A stretch of 64,000 bases of DNA from Clostridia bacterium (GTDB lineage: Bacteria > Bacillota > Clostridia > JAAYHZ01): positions 1-64,000 of the forward strand of contig JBMNIH010000002.1 of NCBI GenBank assembly GCA_050950825.1, given 5' to 3'. Position 1 is the stretch's first letter, and every line of letters starts with the position of its first letter. The notes beneath the pieces were generated by a model. That model did no database searches, had not been told where the DNA came from, and was given only the letters and a program-made list of their open reading frames with translations. The position numbers were made by a program, and so were the translations under genes. Shown one piece after another: positions 51,497 to 62,251 of the stretch.

Positions 51497-52582
51497 TTAT
51501 GTCCTTTTTATGTATTCCATATACCGATGCCAATCATAACGACTGAAGTAATGGGTACCGGCACGAAGATGATATGCAATGTTTCCTTCGTGAAATTCAT
51601 CTCCGCCTTTTGGGTATTCATTCGGATGAATAAAACCTTTTAAGCCCAATAACTCAAATACGGGACCGGCCGCAACACAAGAAAGATATTCCGAATAGGG
51701 ATCAGCCCATTGGTCTAGTGTTGCGCTTCCTACATACACCTTTCTAGGTGCCGACAAAGCCAGTAAAAAATGCTGATCAAAAGGCAAAAGATGTTCCTTC
51801 TCGGCATACCGGGTATAATTCTCGCAAAACCAATGCGGAAATGTTCTCGTAATGTGCAGAATATGTTCTCCGGTCTTTTCCCGGGTTATAGCAGCACCGG
51901 AACATCCGGAATCATTGGAAATCACATAAGAAAACCTAGGATCGAGACCTCCGGCTAACAAAGCGGTTTTCCCTAATCTGGAATGTCCAACAACCGCAAT
52001 TTTCGAACGATCAATTGAATCTATTGTTTGGACATAATCCATAACGCGAGACGCCGCCCAAGCCCACAATGCAATGGCTCCGCAATCTTCGGGATTTCTT
52101 TTTCTACCCTGAAAGATAAGACCTCCTAATCCTTCCGATAAACCTTCCTTCTTGTCCGGAACAATATCTTGATAGCAGAATGCAAAGATTGCAAATCCGT
52201 TATCACAGATCTCCTCCACAGGCATGTATTTATCGGGTATATTATCTCTAAAGCAAATATGAACAAAAGCAGGAATCTTTTTTTCTACCCTGTTCGGTAT
52301 GGCACTGTACATCGGAAATTGATAATTGCCTTCTCTTAATTCAAGATTCAGCATAATTTTTGATAATGTGACGGTTCCGCCGCAATAATTTTTATCTTCG
52401 CTTTCGATTTCGGCCGACCATTTTTCCGGTATCGCCGGAGGGAAGCCATATTCCTGTGAACACAAAAGATGTATGATTTCTTTTCTCCGCGCAGCCCAAT
52501 CGTCTTTCGTTACGACTTTCCTACCGTCATTAAACTGCAGAACATCCGGTACCATTCGTTTTTTTAATTCTTCTTGTAACAT
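51497..52582 (-). CDS. CE15 glucuronoyl-esterase-like hydrolase
   Basis: WAWAASRVMDY, GHSRLGK, SGCSG, PFDQH.L.AL.APR. Confidence 0.85.
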   Translation of the reverse strand: MLQEELKKRMVPDVLQFNDGRKVVTKDDWAARRKEIIHLLCSQEYGFPPAIPEKWSAEIESEDKNYCGGTVTLSKIMLNLELREGNYQFPMYSAIPNRVEKKIPAFVHICFRDNIPDKYMPVEEICDNGFAIFAFCYQDIVPDKKEGLSEGLGGLIFQGRKRNPEDCGAIALWAWAASRVMDYVQTIDSIDRSKIAVVGHSRLGKTALLAGGLDPRFSYVISNDSGCSGAAITREKTGEHILHITRTFPHWFCENYTRYAEKEHLLPFDQHFLLALSAPRKVYVGSATLDQWADPYSEYLSCVAAGPVFELLGLKGFIHPNEYPKGGDEFHEGNIAYHLRAGTHYFSRYDWHRYMEYIKRT

Positions 52583-52631
52583 ATTACTACCCTCCAATTA
52601 CACATTTGGATACAAAAACATCCGCTTGTTA

Positions 52632-53744
52632 TCATTCCGCTGCTTTAAAGTTATAAATGGGCTTTATTATTTCCTCTATAATTGCAGTATCTTGTATGTT
52701 CTTAAAGATTTCTTCTGCAGGCTTATATGCCAAAGGGCATTCGTCCAAGGTATCTTTATTAATACAAGTAGAAAAAATGCCTTCCATTGTTGCCTTGTAT
52801 TGGGTTAAGGTCAATTTTTCTTTTGCTTGTGTTCTGCTCATTAAACGTCCGGCTCCGTGCGGTGCCGAATAATTCCATTCCGAATTTCCTTTACCGATGC
52901 AGATAAGACTACCGTCTCGCATATTCATAGGGAGCAAAAACCTTTCTCCTTTTTTCGCAGATACGGCTCCTTTTCTTAAAATCATACTGTCGGTGTCTAT
53001 ATAATTGTGGATGGTTGTAAATCGATCAACAACGGTTAAATTCATACCCTCTACGATTTCTAGAACCATGGCTTTTCTATTCAGCATAGCAAACTGTTGT
53101 ATTATCTTCATATCATGAAGATAGTCATTGAATAATTTACCGGAAACATAAGCTAAAGTTTTCGGGATTTTACTTCCGGTTTTTTCACTTCTAAGTGCTT
53201 CGTATCCTTTTCGCTGATAATGGTTCGCCACTTCCAGCCCTAATTGTCGGCTTCCGCTATGAACCACAAGATAAAGCCGGTCTTGCTTGTCCTTATTGAC
53301 TTCAATAAAGTGATTACCCCCACCTAAGGTTCCGATACTCAACCTTGCACGCGATAAGTTAACGTGACCTTTACACCTTAATTCATAAAGATCAATTCTC
53401 TCATTATATGCATGAGCATTTCTTCGAACATCAAAACCGGAAGGAATATTTGCACGGATATATTTGTCCAATTTATGTAAATCCAATGATTTCTCCTCTA
53501 ATCGGACGACTTCCATACCGCAGCCAATATCTACACCTACTAAATTCGGTACGATCTTGTCCGTTATCGTCATGGTGGTTCCGATGGTACATCCTGCACC
53601 GCTATGAACATCCGGCATGATTCTTATCTTGCTACCTTTAACAAACTCTTGGTCACACAGTGTCTGTATTTGTTGAATGGCACCGTCATCAACAAGGTCG
53701 GTAAAAATAATGGCATTTGCATATTTTCCTGTTACCTCTATCAT
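52632..53744 (-). CDS. rtcB: RtcB-family RNA ligase
   Basis: MPDVH.G, GVDIGCG, GTLGGGNHF, HSGSR, HNY, RKGA, HGAGR, DE.P.AYK. Confidence 0.9.
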   Translation of the reverse strand: MIEVTGKYANAIIFTDLVDDGAIQQIQTLCDQEFVKGSKIRIMPDVHSGAGCTIGTTMTITDKIVPNLVGVDIGCGMEVVRLEEKSLDLHKLDKYIRANIPSGFDVRRNAHAYNERIDLYELRCKGHVNLSRARLSIGTLGGGNHFIEVNKDKQDRLYLVVHSGSRQLGLEVANHYQRKGYEALRSEKTGSKIPKTLAYVSGKLFNDYLHDMKIIQQFAMLNRKAMVLEIVEGMNLTVVDRFTTIHNYIDTDSMILRKGAVSAKKGERFLLPMNMRDGSLICIGKGNSEWNYSAPHGAGRLMSRTQAKEKLTLTQYKATMEGIFSTCINKDTLDECPLAYKPAEEIFKNIQDTAIIEEIIKPIYNFKAAE

Positions 53745-53814
53745 GTCACTTCCTTTCCTTTCTTTTTTATATTGAAATCGCTAAAGGGAGTATTGGCGAA
53801 CCTCTGCAACCTGC

Positions 53815-54807
53815 TTATAAATTTGTCTTTCTTTTTAAGGTTTCCTCGTTGTTCTCAAAAAATCCTTTTTTCAATCCTTTTTGGTAACGTTCCGGTCCGG
53901 CACATCCCTTCCACTGGTATGCCGAAACGTATTCATAATCACAAATACCAAAGTTGGACGGAATATTTTCATAAATACGTCGAATGATTTCAACGGCAGG
54001 TAAAGTTTCTCCCGGCAACATATCCAGCTTTTGCAGCGTATCAACATCTTTTTTACGGTCTCTCAAATGACATCCGACAAAACATAGTTTTCGATCGTTA
54101 TCAAAACCGTAGCAAGGAGGGCATACCATGCAATCTCCGGGTCCTTCAATTAAGGTTACCGGAATATCGGGATTATTCCTCATTTTCATCCATAATTCAT
54201 ATAAATTATCTTCTGCAAGAGGCTCGTAAACATCTCTTGATATATAGCATATGATACAGAGTAAATGATGAGCTCGGATTACCAGTCGGTCGGCTTTTTC
54301 AATTTCCTTACAAGAAATCTCTTTCCAATACTTCATTAAATCTTTGTCTTTTAGCTTATTGAGTCCTTTGCTTCCTTTGGCATAAAACTCTTTATCCGCT
54401 AAAGGGCAAACGGGCCAATTATTGCCTTCCTTCCCGTTATACCCGCATATTTCTTTAACATCTTTAATTCTTAGGTCAATCATTTCATAAAGGTCGCGAG
54501 CAATTCGAATATCTCCCGGCAATAAGCCCAGCTTTTGCAAAACATCCAAATCCCTTTTTCTCTCTTGAACGCTTTGTCTAAAGAACATTAAGGTTCTGGC
54601 TCCCATATCATCAAAAGATGTTTCCAGCTTAATATGTACTTGAGGATTTTCTTTGATTAATTTAAGCTTTTCATCAAGCTTTTCTTCTTCCATAAAGGGA
54701 AGACATCCTCCGCCGTTCAGACATTTCAAGCAGAGCAATCTACCCGGTCTTATGGCAACACAATTAACATCCCGATCGCTTAATTCAATACTACACGAGT
54801 TACACAT
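53815..54807 (-). CDS. Cys-rich protein with tandem DUF1284-like domains
   Basis: RPGRLLCLKC and RAHHLLCIIC repeats, DCMVCPPC, D...L.KL...PG. Confidence 0.65.
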   Translation of the reverse strand: MCNSCSIELSDRDVNCVAIRPGRLLCLKCLNGGGCLPFMEEEKLDEKLKLIKENPQVHIKLETSFDDMGARTLMFFRQSVQERKRDLDVLQKLGLLPGDIRIARDLYEMIDLRIKDVKEICGYNGKEGNNWPVCPLADKEFYAKGSKGLNKLKDKDLMKYWKEISCKEIEKADRLVIRAHHLLCIICYISRDVYEPLAEDNLYELWMKMRNNPDIPVTLIEGPGDCMVCPPCYGFDNDRKLCFVGCHLRDRKKDVDTLQKLDMLPGETLPAVEIIRRIYENIPSNFGICDYEYVSAYQWKGCAGPERYQKGLKKGFFENNEETLKRKTNL

Positions 54808-54932
54808 CGCGGCACCTCCCATTCAGGTATGAATCCTTACGTTACAATTATACCTTGTCATCACAACCTAATTACAATATATATTAAATGCTTACAGCGG
54901 AATATGCAAATAGTGATTAGGGACAAATAAAT

Positions 54933-54976
54933 TGAGAAATGTCCCCTTTTTATAGTTTTGATGAGAACCGTCCCCC
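54933..54976 (+). repeat. Two tandem REP-like copies (one degenerate)
   Basis: TGAGAAATGTCCCC at 54933 and TGAGAACCGTCCCCC at 54962. Confidence 0.7.
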
Positions 54977-55067
54977 TTTATTCCTTAAAAAAAGTTTCCG
55001 CATCGTAAGAAAACACGACCGGAACTTTTTTAATTCAAATTTGTATGCAAAATTTTCTTTATGCCAA

Positions 55068-56162
55068 TTACCAAACAACGGAAGGTTCTCCATGGAGATT
55101 CGGCAATCTGTTAGGACGTACCAAAGCGCCTCCTTCTTCATAAGAAGTAATGGCGGCAAAGGTATATTCCAGTGTTGCCAATGCATCTCTTCCTGATGCA
55201 CGAATAAATTCTTTTGGAACATTGTTTGTTATATCTTCTAAGAATGCATGGATTCTTGTGGGGAATGTGGTGTTAAAATCGGAAATTCCCGTGTCCATAA
55301 CAACGGGTGCAGGTGCACTTTCACCTTTTTTAGGAGATTCCCAGTAAGTAAGCTTTTGTACGCAGTTTTCTATGCAAAACGCGCCCTTGGTTCCCGACAT
55401 TTCAAAGCTCCACCATCCGCCTAAACCGAACATGGCATCTCCTCTTTGAGACAGCAAGTATCCCACGCTACCGTCTTCGAAACGAACATGGATGCTGTTT
55501 ATCGAAAGCATTAAATCGTTTTTGCTTTTTCTGACTCCCGGTTTGTTTAAAAATGCTTGAACATGAGTAATGTCTCCGCAGAAGTATCGCATAACGCTAA
55601 ACGGATGCGCAAGGAAAGCCTTTACGTGAGAATACGGACGCTGCCATCTCGGACTGGCAACACCTTGGTATAGATCCTCTCCTCCGTTAAAACCTACTTT
55701 ATGCAAGCAGTAAACTTGTTCGCCGATTTTACCTTGTGCAATGTATTCTTTTGCTTTATCCGCAGGCTGAGTAAAGTAGTGGTTGAGGTTGCATCCAAGA
55801 TAAACATTCTTCTTTGCAGCATATGCTACCATTTCACGGGCTTCAAGGATGTCATTGGATATGGGTTTTTCTACCAAAACATTTTTACCTGCATCCAATG
55901 CCTGCATTACGGGTTCGTAATGCCAGCTGCCGTTTTCATAACCGCTGGTCGTCACATCGACGATATCCAATTCCGGACATGCGGCTAACATATCTTTTAA
56001 GCTGTAAAAAGCTTTTACGCCAAACCTCTCCGCCGCTTTGTCTGCCTTTTCCTTAATGATATCGCAAACAGCTACAAGCTCGGCTAAGGGGTCGTTCTTA
56101 TAACAAGTAGCATGAAGGTTTCCGATACCTCCCATACCGACAATTCCAACTTTTAAAGTCAT
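55068..56162 (-). CDS. Gfo/Idh/MocA-family oxidoreductase
   Basis: VGIVGMGGIG Rossmann motif; GKNVLVEKP. Confidence 0.9.
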   Translation of the reverse strand: MTLKVGIVGMGGIGNLHATCYKNDPLAELVAVCDIIKEKADKAAERFGVKAFYSLKDMLAACPELDIVDVTTSGYENGSWHYEPVMQALDAGKNVLVEKPISNDILEAREMVAYAAKKNVYLGCNLNHYFTQPADKAKEYIAQGKIGEQVYCLHKVGFNGGEDLYQGVASPRWQRPYSHVKAFLAHPFSVMRYFCGDITHVQAFLNKPGVRKSKNDLMLSINSIHVRFEDGSVGYLLSQRGDAMFGLGGWWSFEMSGTKGAFCIENCVQKLTYWESPKKGESAPAPVVMDTGISDFNTTFPTRIHAFLEDITNNVPKEFIRASGRDALATLEYTFAAITSYEEGGALVRPNRLPNLHGEPSVVW

Positions 56163-56274
56163 TATGCATCCCTCCAAAAATTCTCTGTATATTTACAATT
56201 ATATCATTTAAATTCGTTATGCAACTTGTATTCTACATATGTAATTATGCAAAATCCGATATAGTTTCATAATA

Positions 56275-57810
56275 TCAAAGCAGCGGGATCAAAACTCTTA
56301 ACAGCGATTGTATGATTTTTAAGTGCAGAGGTCTGTGTTTCCATTTTTCTAAAGTTATTTCATCGCTTATTAAAAACAAAGATTCTATATCTTGGCGAAT
56401 ATCCTGCAATACGGAAGCACCGCATATCCAAACACCGTTTTCAAAATGCAAATAAAAACTTCGGTAATCCATATTAATACTGCCGGTAACCGCATGGATA
56501 TCGTCGCTGATAATGGTTTTGGCATGGATATAACCCGGTGTGTATTCATATATTCGGACTCCGTTTTCCAACAGGCGTCCATAATTCGAACGCGTGACCA
56601 TGTGCACATACCAACGGTCCCATACTCTAGGCGTTATTATGCGCACGTCTATCCCGCTGCTTGCGGCAAGGCATAGAGCATCGGTCATACTGTCTTCCAC
56701 AACAAGATATGGTGTCGTAATGTATACGTAATCATGAGCGGAATAGAGAATTTGACGATAAACGGATTCGGCGGGATTACTGGGATGATTCACCGGGCCG
56801 TCGTTAAAGGGCTGGTAAAACCCGTGATCAGGAATCGGCTCATTGAGTACGGGACGGTAAGCCTCGTAATCTTCTTTTTGATTGCTTTCGGTCTCCCACA
56901 TCTGCAAAAAAGTGACCGTTAAGCTGTAAACCGCTTCACCCTCCAAGCGGATTGCCGTATCCTTCCAGTGACCGTATCTTTCATACAGATTCGCATATTC
57001 ATCCGCCAAATTGGTTCCCCCCGTATATCCGATTATCCCGTCTATCACGGCAATTTTTTGATGGTTTCGATAATTGATATACAGTCGAGACAAACTGCTG
57101 TAAACCGGGTTAAAACGATAAACTTGGATATTTTCGTCTTTCAAGGTTTTTATCAAATTATCGGGAACGGTTAATATACTTCCGAAATCATCGTATAGAA
57201 GTCTTACCTCCACTCCTTCTGCCGCTTTTTCCTTTAAAATGGCATGAATCTTATCCCATAAATATCCCTTGGATAATATATAGTATTCCAGAAAGATGAA
57301 TTTTTGAGCCTTCTTTAAATCTTCTATCATCGCTTCAAATTGCAATTCTCCCAAGGGATAATAAGTGCACCGAGTATTTTTATACAGAGGGAATCCTTCC
57401 TTCTCTAAATATACCGATATCTTGTTGTAATTTGGATACCGCTCTTGTAATTCAAGACGAAGCTCCGAACCATGTGTGAATCTTTTTAGACTTTCCGACA
57501 TGATATTACGAATGCGCCTGCTCTTTTTTGTATTGGTGCCGCTTCTACCCCACATGATATAGATAATACTTCCGTATATAGGCATGATAAGGATGATAAT
57601 AACCCAAGCAAGGGTATAAGCGGAGTTTTTATGCTTCTCGATAATGGAAAAAGCCATGATTAATCCAAAGACCTCGAAAAACGCATAAGCATAAAAAGCA
57701 AAATGTCGAAGCCACATTGCAAAATACGCGAACAATACCAGTTGAGCCAAGATGGCAAGGACGACAATAAACAATCGTATGCCGCCTGTATTATTTCTTC
57801 TCGGTTTCAT
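56275..57810 (-). CDS. cls: Cardiolipin synthase
   Basis: Two HKD motifs (RNHQKIAVIDG; HAKTIISDD...GSINMDYRS), N-terminal TM segments. Confidence 0.92.
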   Translation of the reverse strand: MKPRRNNTGGIRLFIVVLAILAQLVLFAYFAMWLRHFAFYAYAFFEVFGLIMAFSIIEKHKNSAYTLAWVIIILIMPIYGSIIYIMWGRSGTNTKKSRRIRNIMSESLKRFTHGSELRLELQERYPNYNKISVYLEKEGFPLYKNTRCTYYPLGELQFEAMIEDLKKAQKFIFLEYYILSKGYLWDKIHAILKEKAAEGVEVRLLYDDFGSILTVPDNLIKTLKDENIQVYRFNPVYSSLSRLYINYRNHQKIAVIDGIIGYTGGTNLADEYANLYERYGHWKDTAIRLEGEAVYSLTVTFLQMWETESNQKEDYEAYRPVLNEPIPDHGFYQPFNDGPVNHPSNPAESVYRQILYSAHDYVYITTPYLVVEDSMTDALCLAASSGIDVRIITPRVWDRWYVHMVTRSNYGRLLENGVRIYEYTPGYIHAKTIISDDIHAVTGSINMDYRSFYLHFENGVWICGASVLQDIRQDIESLFLISDEITLEKWKHRPLHLKIIQSLLRVLIPLL

Positions 57811-57967
57811 GTTTTTATTTGAATTTCCTTTACCTTTATATAACATCATCTATAATATCATCTTATTTATATTGATTGGGAACAAATTATTGTATAATGA
57901 TATCATAACCCGGAACACGGTTATCAACAGAAAATCAACAATTTTACAATGAGAAAGGATACTTCTT

Positions 57968-60448
57968 ATGGAGTTTCAACATTCGAAGGAAGTGTGGAAC
58001 ATCTCTCCGATTGCTTGGGAAAAAGCCGTCGAGAACGAAATGTCCGAAAGGATCTATAACATCTTGTTAAAGTGGATTCCTTTCGCCGATTCGCAATTCA
58101 GCAGTCGCTGGAATACCCGACCGAACTGCGGCCACTTTTTCGGCGGTTCCTATTGGTACGGCTCGGAAACCGCACATACGGCGGCCGTTTATGCCGCTTT
58201 GGCCACATTAGGTCCTTATCGGGAGGATATAACCGGAATCCCCCGTAACGAAGTCAAGGAAAAAGCCATTAAAGCGATTCGTTATCTCGGATTTACCCAT
58301 GATACCGGACCCGAGGATTGTGTTCGCGATGTAGGTCCTAATCCTCACTGCAGCGAGAAAAAATGGGGTAGCAAGAACGACGGATTTTTCATGGCCTCCC
58401 AAACGGGCAGAACCGTGGCTAATTTTGCCCTCGCCGCATGGCTACTTTGGAATGATTTGGATGATGAGACCAAAATGTTGGTTCAAGATGTGGTAGCGTG
58501 GTACGCGGATCGTTGGTCCGTAGAATCTCCTCGAGACGGCTCATTCTTCGACACCCAATGCGAAGAAAACGCATGGACCGCCCAAGGTATCTGTGTCGCA
58601 TTGGCAATGTTCCCGGACCATCCGCACCGTAAGGTTTGGGAAGACGGTTTTATCCGATGGTCAATCAATGCGTGCACCACACATGACGATCGTTTTAACG
58701 AAGAACTCTATAAAGAGAAAGCCATTCGTTATTGGGTCCATTGCGTAACTTTGTTCCCGGATTATACGACGGAGAACCACGGATTTGTTCATCCGAGTTA
58801 TCTTAGCGCGGGGATTAATTTAAGAGCATTGCATGCTTTATTGAGCATCATGAGTAACCAGGAAATCCTTGAAAGTGCTCTGTACAAGAATGAAAAAATA
58901 TATGAAAATGCATTAAAAATATTCACGCAATTTGACGGGCTGGTGATTCCGATCCAAGGACAGGATTGGTGGTACAACAGGCAGCATGAACGTCAGCTCA
59001 CCCATACCGTTTTAAATGTAATGCACAACAATAGCGATGCCGCAAGGTTATGCCGCAACGCCTTATCAAGCATAGAAAAAATTCAAGACAGCAATTCCAA
59101 GGGATGCTTGCTGGAGGAAAGAGGCGAAGAATGTGTCATTCGGCCGCGCTTACAATTTGCAAAAGATATGGAACACGGCTCGGCAGCGGACCTTTTGTTT
59201 TCCTATCTGTTTTATCTGTTCGGAGGAATCGGTGCCGAACCTTCGGATCAACACGAAATGATGGAAAGATTATCCGGGGTGTACTACTTCCCCTTCGGCA
59301 GTTTGATTGTACACAGAAGGCGTGACAGTTTTGCAAGCTTCAGTTGGAGAAACAATTGCATGGGATTATGTCTTCCGGAGGCCGGCATGTGGAACATCAC
59401 GCCGATATTCTCTAGCTTTACAGGTCATATTGTCTTTTCCGATAAAAAGGGCGTTCAAGGATTATCGAACGAAACCTTCATACGAAATACGCTGCGTCAC
59501 AACCAAACGGTAAAATCGGACGGTTTTGCGGCTTGTGCCACAATCTCTCGAGGTGATAATGAAATATTGCAGGATGTAGCTTTTGTATCTCTTCCTTCCG
59601 GCGAAGCGGTTTATATCGAACAGTTGAATATTAAGAAAGATTGTGAAAATGTTACAATCGAAACCGGTTTAATCGGTATTCGTAACGAAAACCTGCCGGC
59701 GGCACCGGACCTTGGCCCGGGAGAAGTGCAATTTTATACCGACAGCACAAAGAGAAGTTATCCCGGTTTTTACGGTAACGAGCCGGATGTGATCGAAGAT
59801 TTCAAACCCTCCAAGTTCGTAAATGTGAATAATACCATGGGATACATCTTAAGCGGATCTTCCGGTATTCGGTATATCAACAAGCATGTCTATCCTCACT
59901 GGAAGGGCGTTGAAGACCGGTTGATTCTTAATTATGTCGGAAAAAAGAGCTTTATGGAAAAAGATTCAATTCCTCCTTTTGTGGTTATGGCTATGCCGAA
60001 TAAGACATACCAAGAAACGGCGATGTCCGTTAGCGATTTGACGGTAATGAATTCGAAATGCCCGAATACGATTTTATTAATTGCAAAAGAATATCTGGTG
60101 GTTTCGAATTTTAACGATTCCGTCACGGATGCGGCAGGTGTATTCGAAATCAAAAAGGGAAGCGTGAAAATATTCAAAGGAATAAATCGAATTATAAACA
60201 AGCATTATGTATGGCATGGTGAGCTACCTAAATTCTCTTCCGATTATTATCCTTGCTTGTATGAAATCAAATCGGTTGATTTCTTGCGGTTTAATCTTCA
60301 TGTATTTGCAACGAAAGAAAAAGTATACTTCGAAAACATATCGGATCGCAAAATCGAATTTACTCTATGCAACAGCTACGGTGAAGATCTTAAAAACATT
60401 CGATTAGATGCAAACAGTATTTACGTGTGGAATTCATCGAAATCATGA
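57968..60448 (+). CDS. Large hypothetical protein, possibly alpha/alpha-toroid plus beta-sandwich lyase-like fold
   Basis: DTQCEENAW and ENHGFVHPSY in a helical N-half; beta-rich C-half. The fold is a guess. Confidence 0.55.
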   Translation: MEFQHSKEVWNISPIAWEKAVENEMSERIYNILLKWIPFADSQFSSRWNTRPNCGHFFGGSYWYGSETAHTAAVYAALATLGPYREDITGIPRNEVKEKAIKAIRYLGFTHDTGPEDCVRDVGPNPHCSEKKWGSKNDGFFMASQTGRTVANFALAAWLLWNDLDDETKMLVQDVVAWYADRWSVESPRDGSFFDTQCEENAWTAQGICVALAMFPDHPHRKVWEDGFIRWSINACTTHDDRFNEELYKEKAIRYWVHCVTLFPDYTTENHGFVHPSYLSAGINLRALHALLSIMSNQEILESALYKNEKIYENALKIFTQFDGLVIPIQGQDWWYNRQHERQLTHTVLNVMHNNSDAARLCRNALSSIEKIQDSNSKGCLLEERGEECVIRPRLQFAKDMEHGSAADLLFSYLFYLFGGIGAEPSDQHEMMERLSGVYYFPFGSLIVHRRRDSFASFSWRNNCMGLCLPEAGMWNITPIFSSFTGHIVFSDKKGVQGLSNETFIRNTLRHNQTVKSDGFAACATISRGDNEILQDVAFVSLPSGEAVYIEQLNIKKDCENVTIETGLIGIRNENLPAAPDLGPGEVQFYTDSTKRSYPGFYGNEPDVIEDFKPSKFVNVNNTMGYILSGSSGIRYINKHVYPHWKGVEDRLILNYVGKKSFMEKDSIPPFVVMAMPNKTYQETAMSVSDLTVMNSKCPNTILLIAKEYLVVSNFNDSVTDAAGVFEIKKGSVKIFKGINRIINKHYVWHGELPKFSSDYYPCLYEIKSVDFLRFNLHVFATKEKVYFENISDRKIEFTLCNSYGEDLKNIRLDANSIYVWNSSKS

Positions 60449-60469
60449 AATAGATCCTACGATTACACG

Positions 60470-60501
60470 AAAAAACCGGTTGAATACAGCAACCGGTTTT
60501 T
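60470..60501. terminator. Bidirectional terminator
   Basis: AAAAACCGGTTG-aatacag-CAACCGGTTTTT. Confidence 0.75.
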
Positions 60502-60524
60502 GTTTTCATAAAAATCCGATAAAT

Positions 60525-60965
60525 TTAAATGCTTTGCGAAAGATTTTTCGACATCTTGTAATGGGGAATTCCCACCTCCGTAAATTCATCGCTTAAAATA
60601 TCGTAAAACAGCTTTCTATAGAAAGGAACCGCCGTTTTTCTTGCGTTAAGTACGATTCGTTTAAATCCTTGCTTTTTTGCAATTTCTTCCGCAAAGCGAA
60701 CCATCCGGGTACCTATTCCCTTACCTTGGAAATCCTCTCTTACGGCTACTTGCCTCATCTTAACCGTATCCGCACTCAAAGGCGTTAAAATTAATATTCC
60801 AATAATTTGACAATCTAAAAATACACCGATGTGAATATCATTGACTTCATTATCTAGATTTTCGTTAAACAAGCTTAGTCCTAAAGGTTTGCGAAGAATA
60901 TTATCTCTGAGTTCCAAAGATTGTCGGTATTCTTCGGAAAGCGGCTCAATAATCCGAATGTCCAT
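60525..60965 (-). CDS. GNAT acetyltransferase (ElaA/YjcF-like)
   Basis: RQVAV...QGKGIG, LNAR..AV.FY, E.GIPH..M. Confidence 0.88.
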   Translation of the reverse strand: MDIRIIEPLSEEYRQSLELRDNILRKPLGLSLFNENLDNEVNDIHIGVFLDCQIIGILILTPLSADTVKMRQVAVREDFQGKGIGTRMVRFAEEIAKKQGFKRIVLNARKTAVPFYRKLFYDILSDEFTEVGIPHYKMSKNLSQSI

Positions 60966-61118
60966 AACTCACCTTCTTTGTATCTTTTCAATAGAAAGAA
61001 AAATCGGTAATGCATCCCGGCTATTCGATATTTCAGTAACCGATAAAACGCAAAATAGCCGATCAATCCGATTGATTTTTTAAATACGGTTGAACTTCCA
61101 CCAAACTTATATCCTCCG

Positions 61119-61724
61119 CTAAGAATTCTTTAGATAACCTTGTTCAACCGATTCTTCGACGATTTTTTCAATATATTCCCATAAAATTTTGGAGCCTTCT
61201 TGTACATGCCTGTTTTTTATCAACACTTGTTCTTTGGTTACATTAAACCGCTTCCACTGTGTTCCGTCGGTTCTATAGTTATGGTAAATAGGCATAAAGC
61301 GATCTAGAGCATTTGCAAATTTGGATTCATTTGTTTTTCTTTCGTCATATTCGATCCATAGGTCATAAAAAAGCTTTCGTTGATCTTCCGGAAGCAAGCC
61401 AAAAATTCTTTCGGCCGCCTTTCGCTCTTCTTTTGCCCGCAATTCGGGATCAACGATGCTATATGCAAACACATCTCCTGCATCGATTTCCACGATATCA
61501 TGGAGTAAAATCATTTTGAAGACTCTTACCATATCCATATCTTCAAAATTGGCGTATTCCCATAAAACAAATGCAGCGACAGCCATATGCCAAGAATGTT
61601 CCGCATCGTTTTCTTGTCGAGATTTATCCAGTAACAAAGTGTTTCTTACGACTTGCTTTGCTTTGTCAATTTCAGCCAGAAAATGTAATTGTCGCTCCAG
61701 TTTATTTAGCAAATTTGAATCCAT
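61119..61724 (-). CDS. HD-domain phosphohydrolase
   Basis: ENDAEHSW, LLHDIVEIDAGD, LDR..P. Confidence 0.88.
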   Translation of the reverse strand: MDSNLLNKLERQLHFLAEIDKAKQVVRNTLLLDKSRQENDAEHSWHMAVAAFVLWEYANFEDMDMVRVFKMILLHDIVEIDAGDVFAYSIVDPELRAKEERKAAERIFGLLPEDQRKLFYDLWIEYDERKTNESKFANALDRFMPIYHNYRTDGTQWKRFNVTKEQVLIKNRHVQEGSKILWEYIEKIVEESVEQGYLKNS

Positions 61725-61742
61725 TCCCGAATCTTTAGTCCT

Positions 61743-62222
61743 TTATTTTGATATGTCGTCACTAATACTACAATAAACCTTATCATTCTTCAACAGAATA
61801 ATTCCATACGATGCGGAATTGCCTGAAGCTCTTATGGACCCGGGATTCATGACCCAAACATGGTCTTCCGGGTGTTCCAATAAGGGAGAATGTGTATGTC
61901 CAAAAAGTATGATATCGGCTTTTTCGCTTAATCCTTTAAAAAAAAGACGGGCAAGACCAAAATTTACATCATATCGGTCCCCGTGTGTGATGAATATTCT
62001 TTTTCCATTCCATTCGATAATTTTATCGGAAGGATACCCGGTTACTGCATCCGTATTTCCGGGTACCATTTCTATGCGAAGATCCGGAAATATTTTTTGC
62101 AATCTCTTTCCATCGGTGATATGGTCACCTAAATGGATAACCGTTTGCGGTTTCTCCTTTTTTATAACCGCTTCCATGGTTTTAACATCTTTATGCGAGT
62201 CGGCAAATACAACGATTTTCAA
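61743..62222 (-). CDS. YfcE-like metallophosphoesterase
   Basis: DSH, HLGD, GNTD, THG, FGHTH, NPGS. Confidence 0.9.
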   Translation of the reverse strand: MKIVVFADSHKDVKTMEAVIKKEKPQTVIHLGDHITDGKRLQKIFPDLRIEMVPGNTDAVTGYPSDKIIEWNGKRIFITHGDRYDVNFGLARLFFKGLSEKADIILFGHTHSPLLEHPEDHVWVMNPGSIRASGNSASYGIILLKNDKVYCSISDDISK

Positions 62223-62251
62223 GCCTCATTCCCCTTCCCTTTACAATTAAT

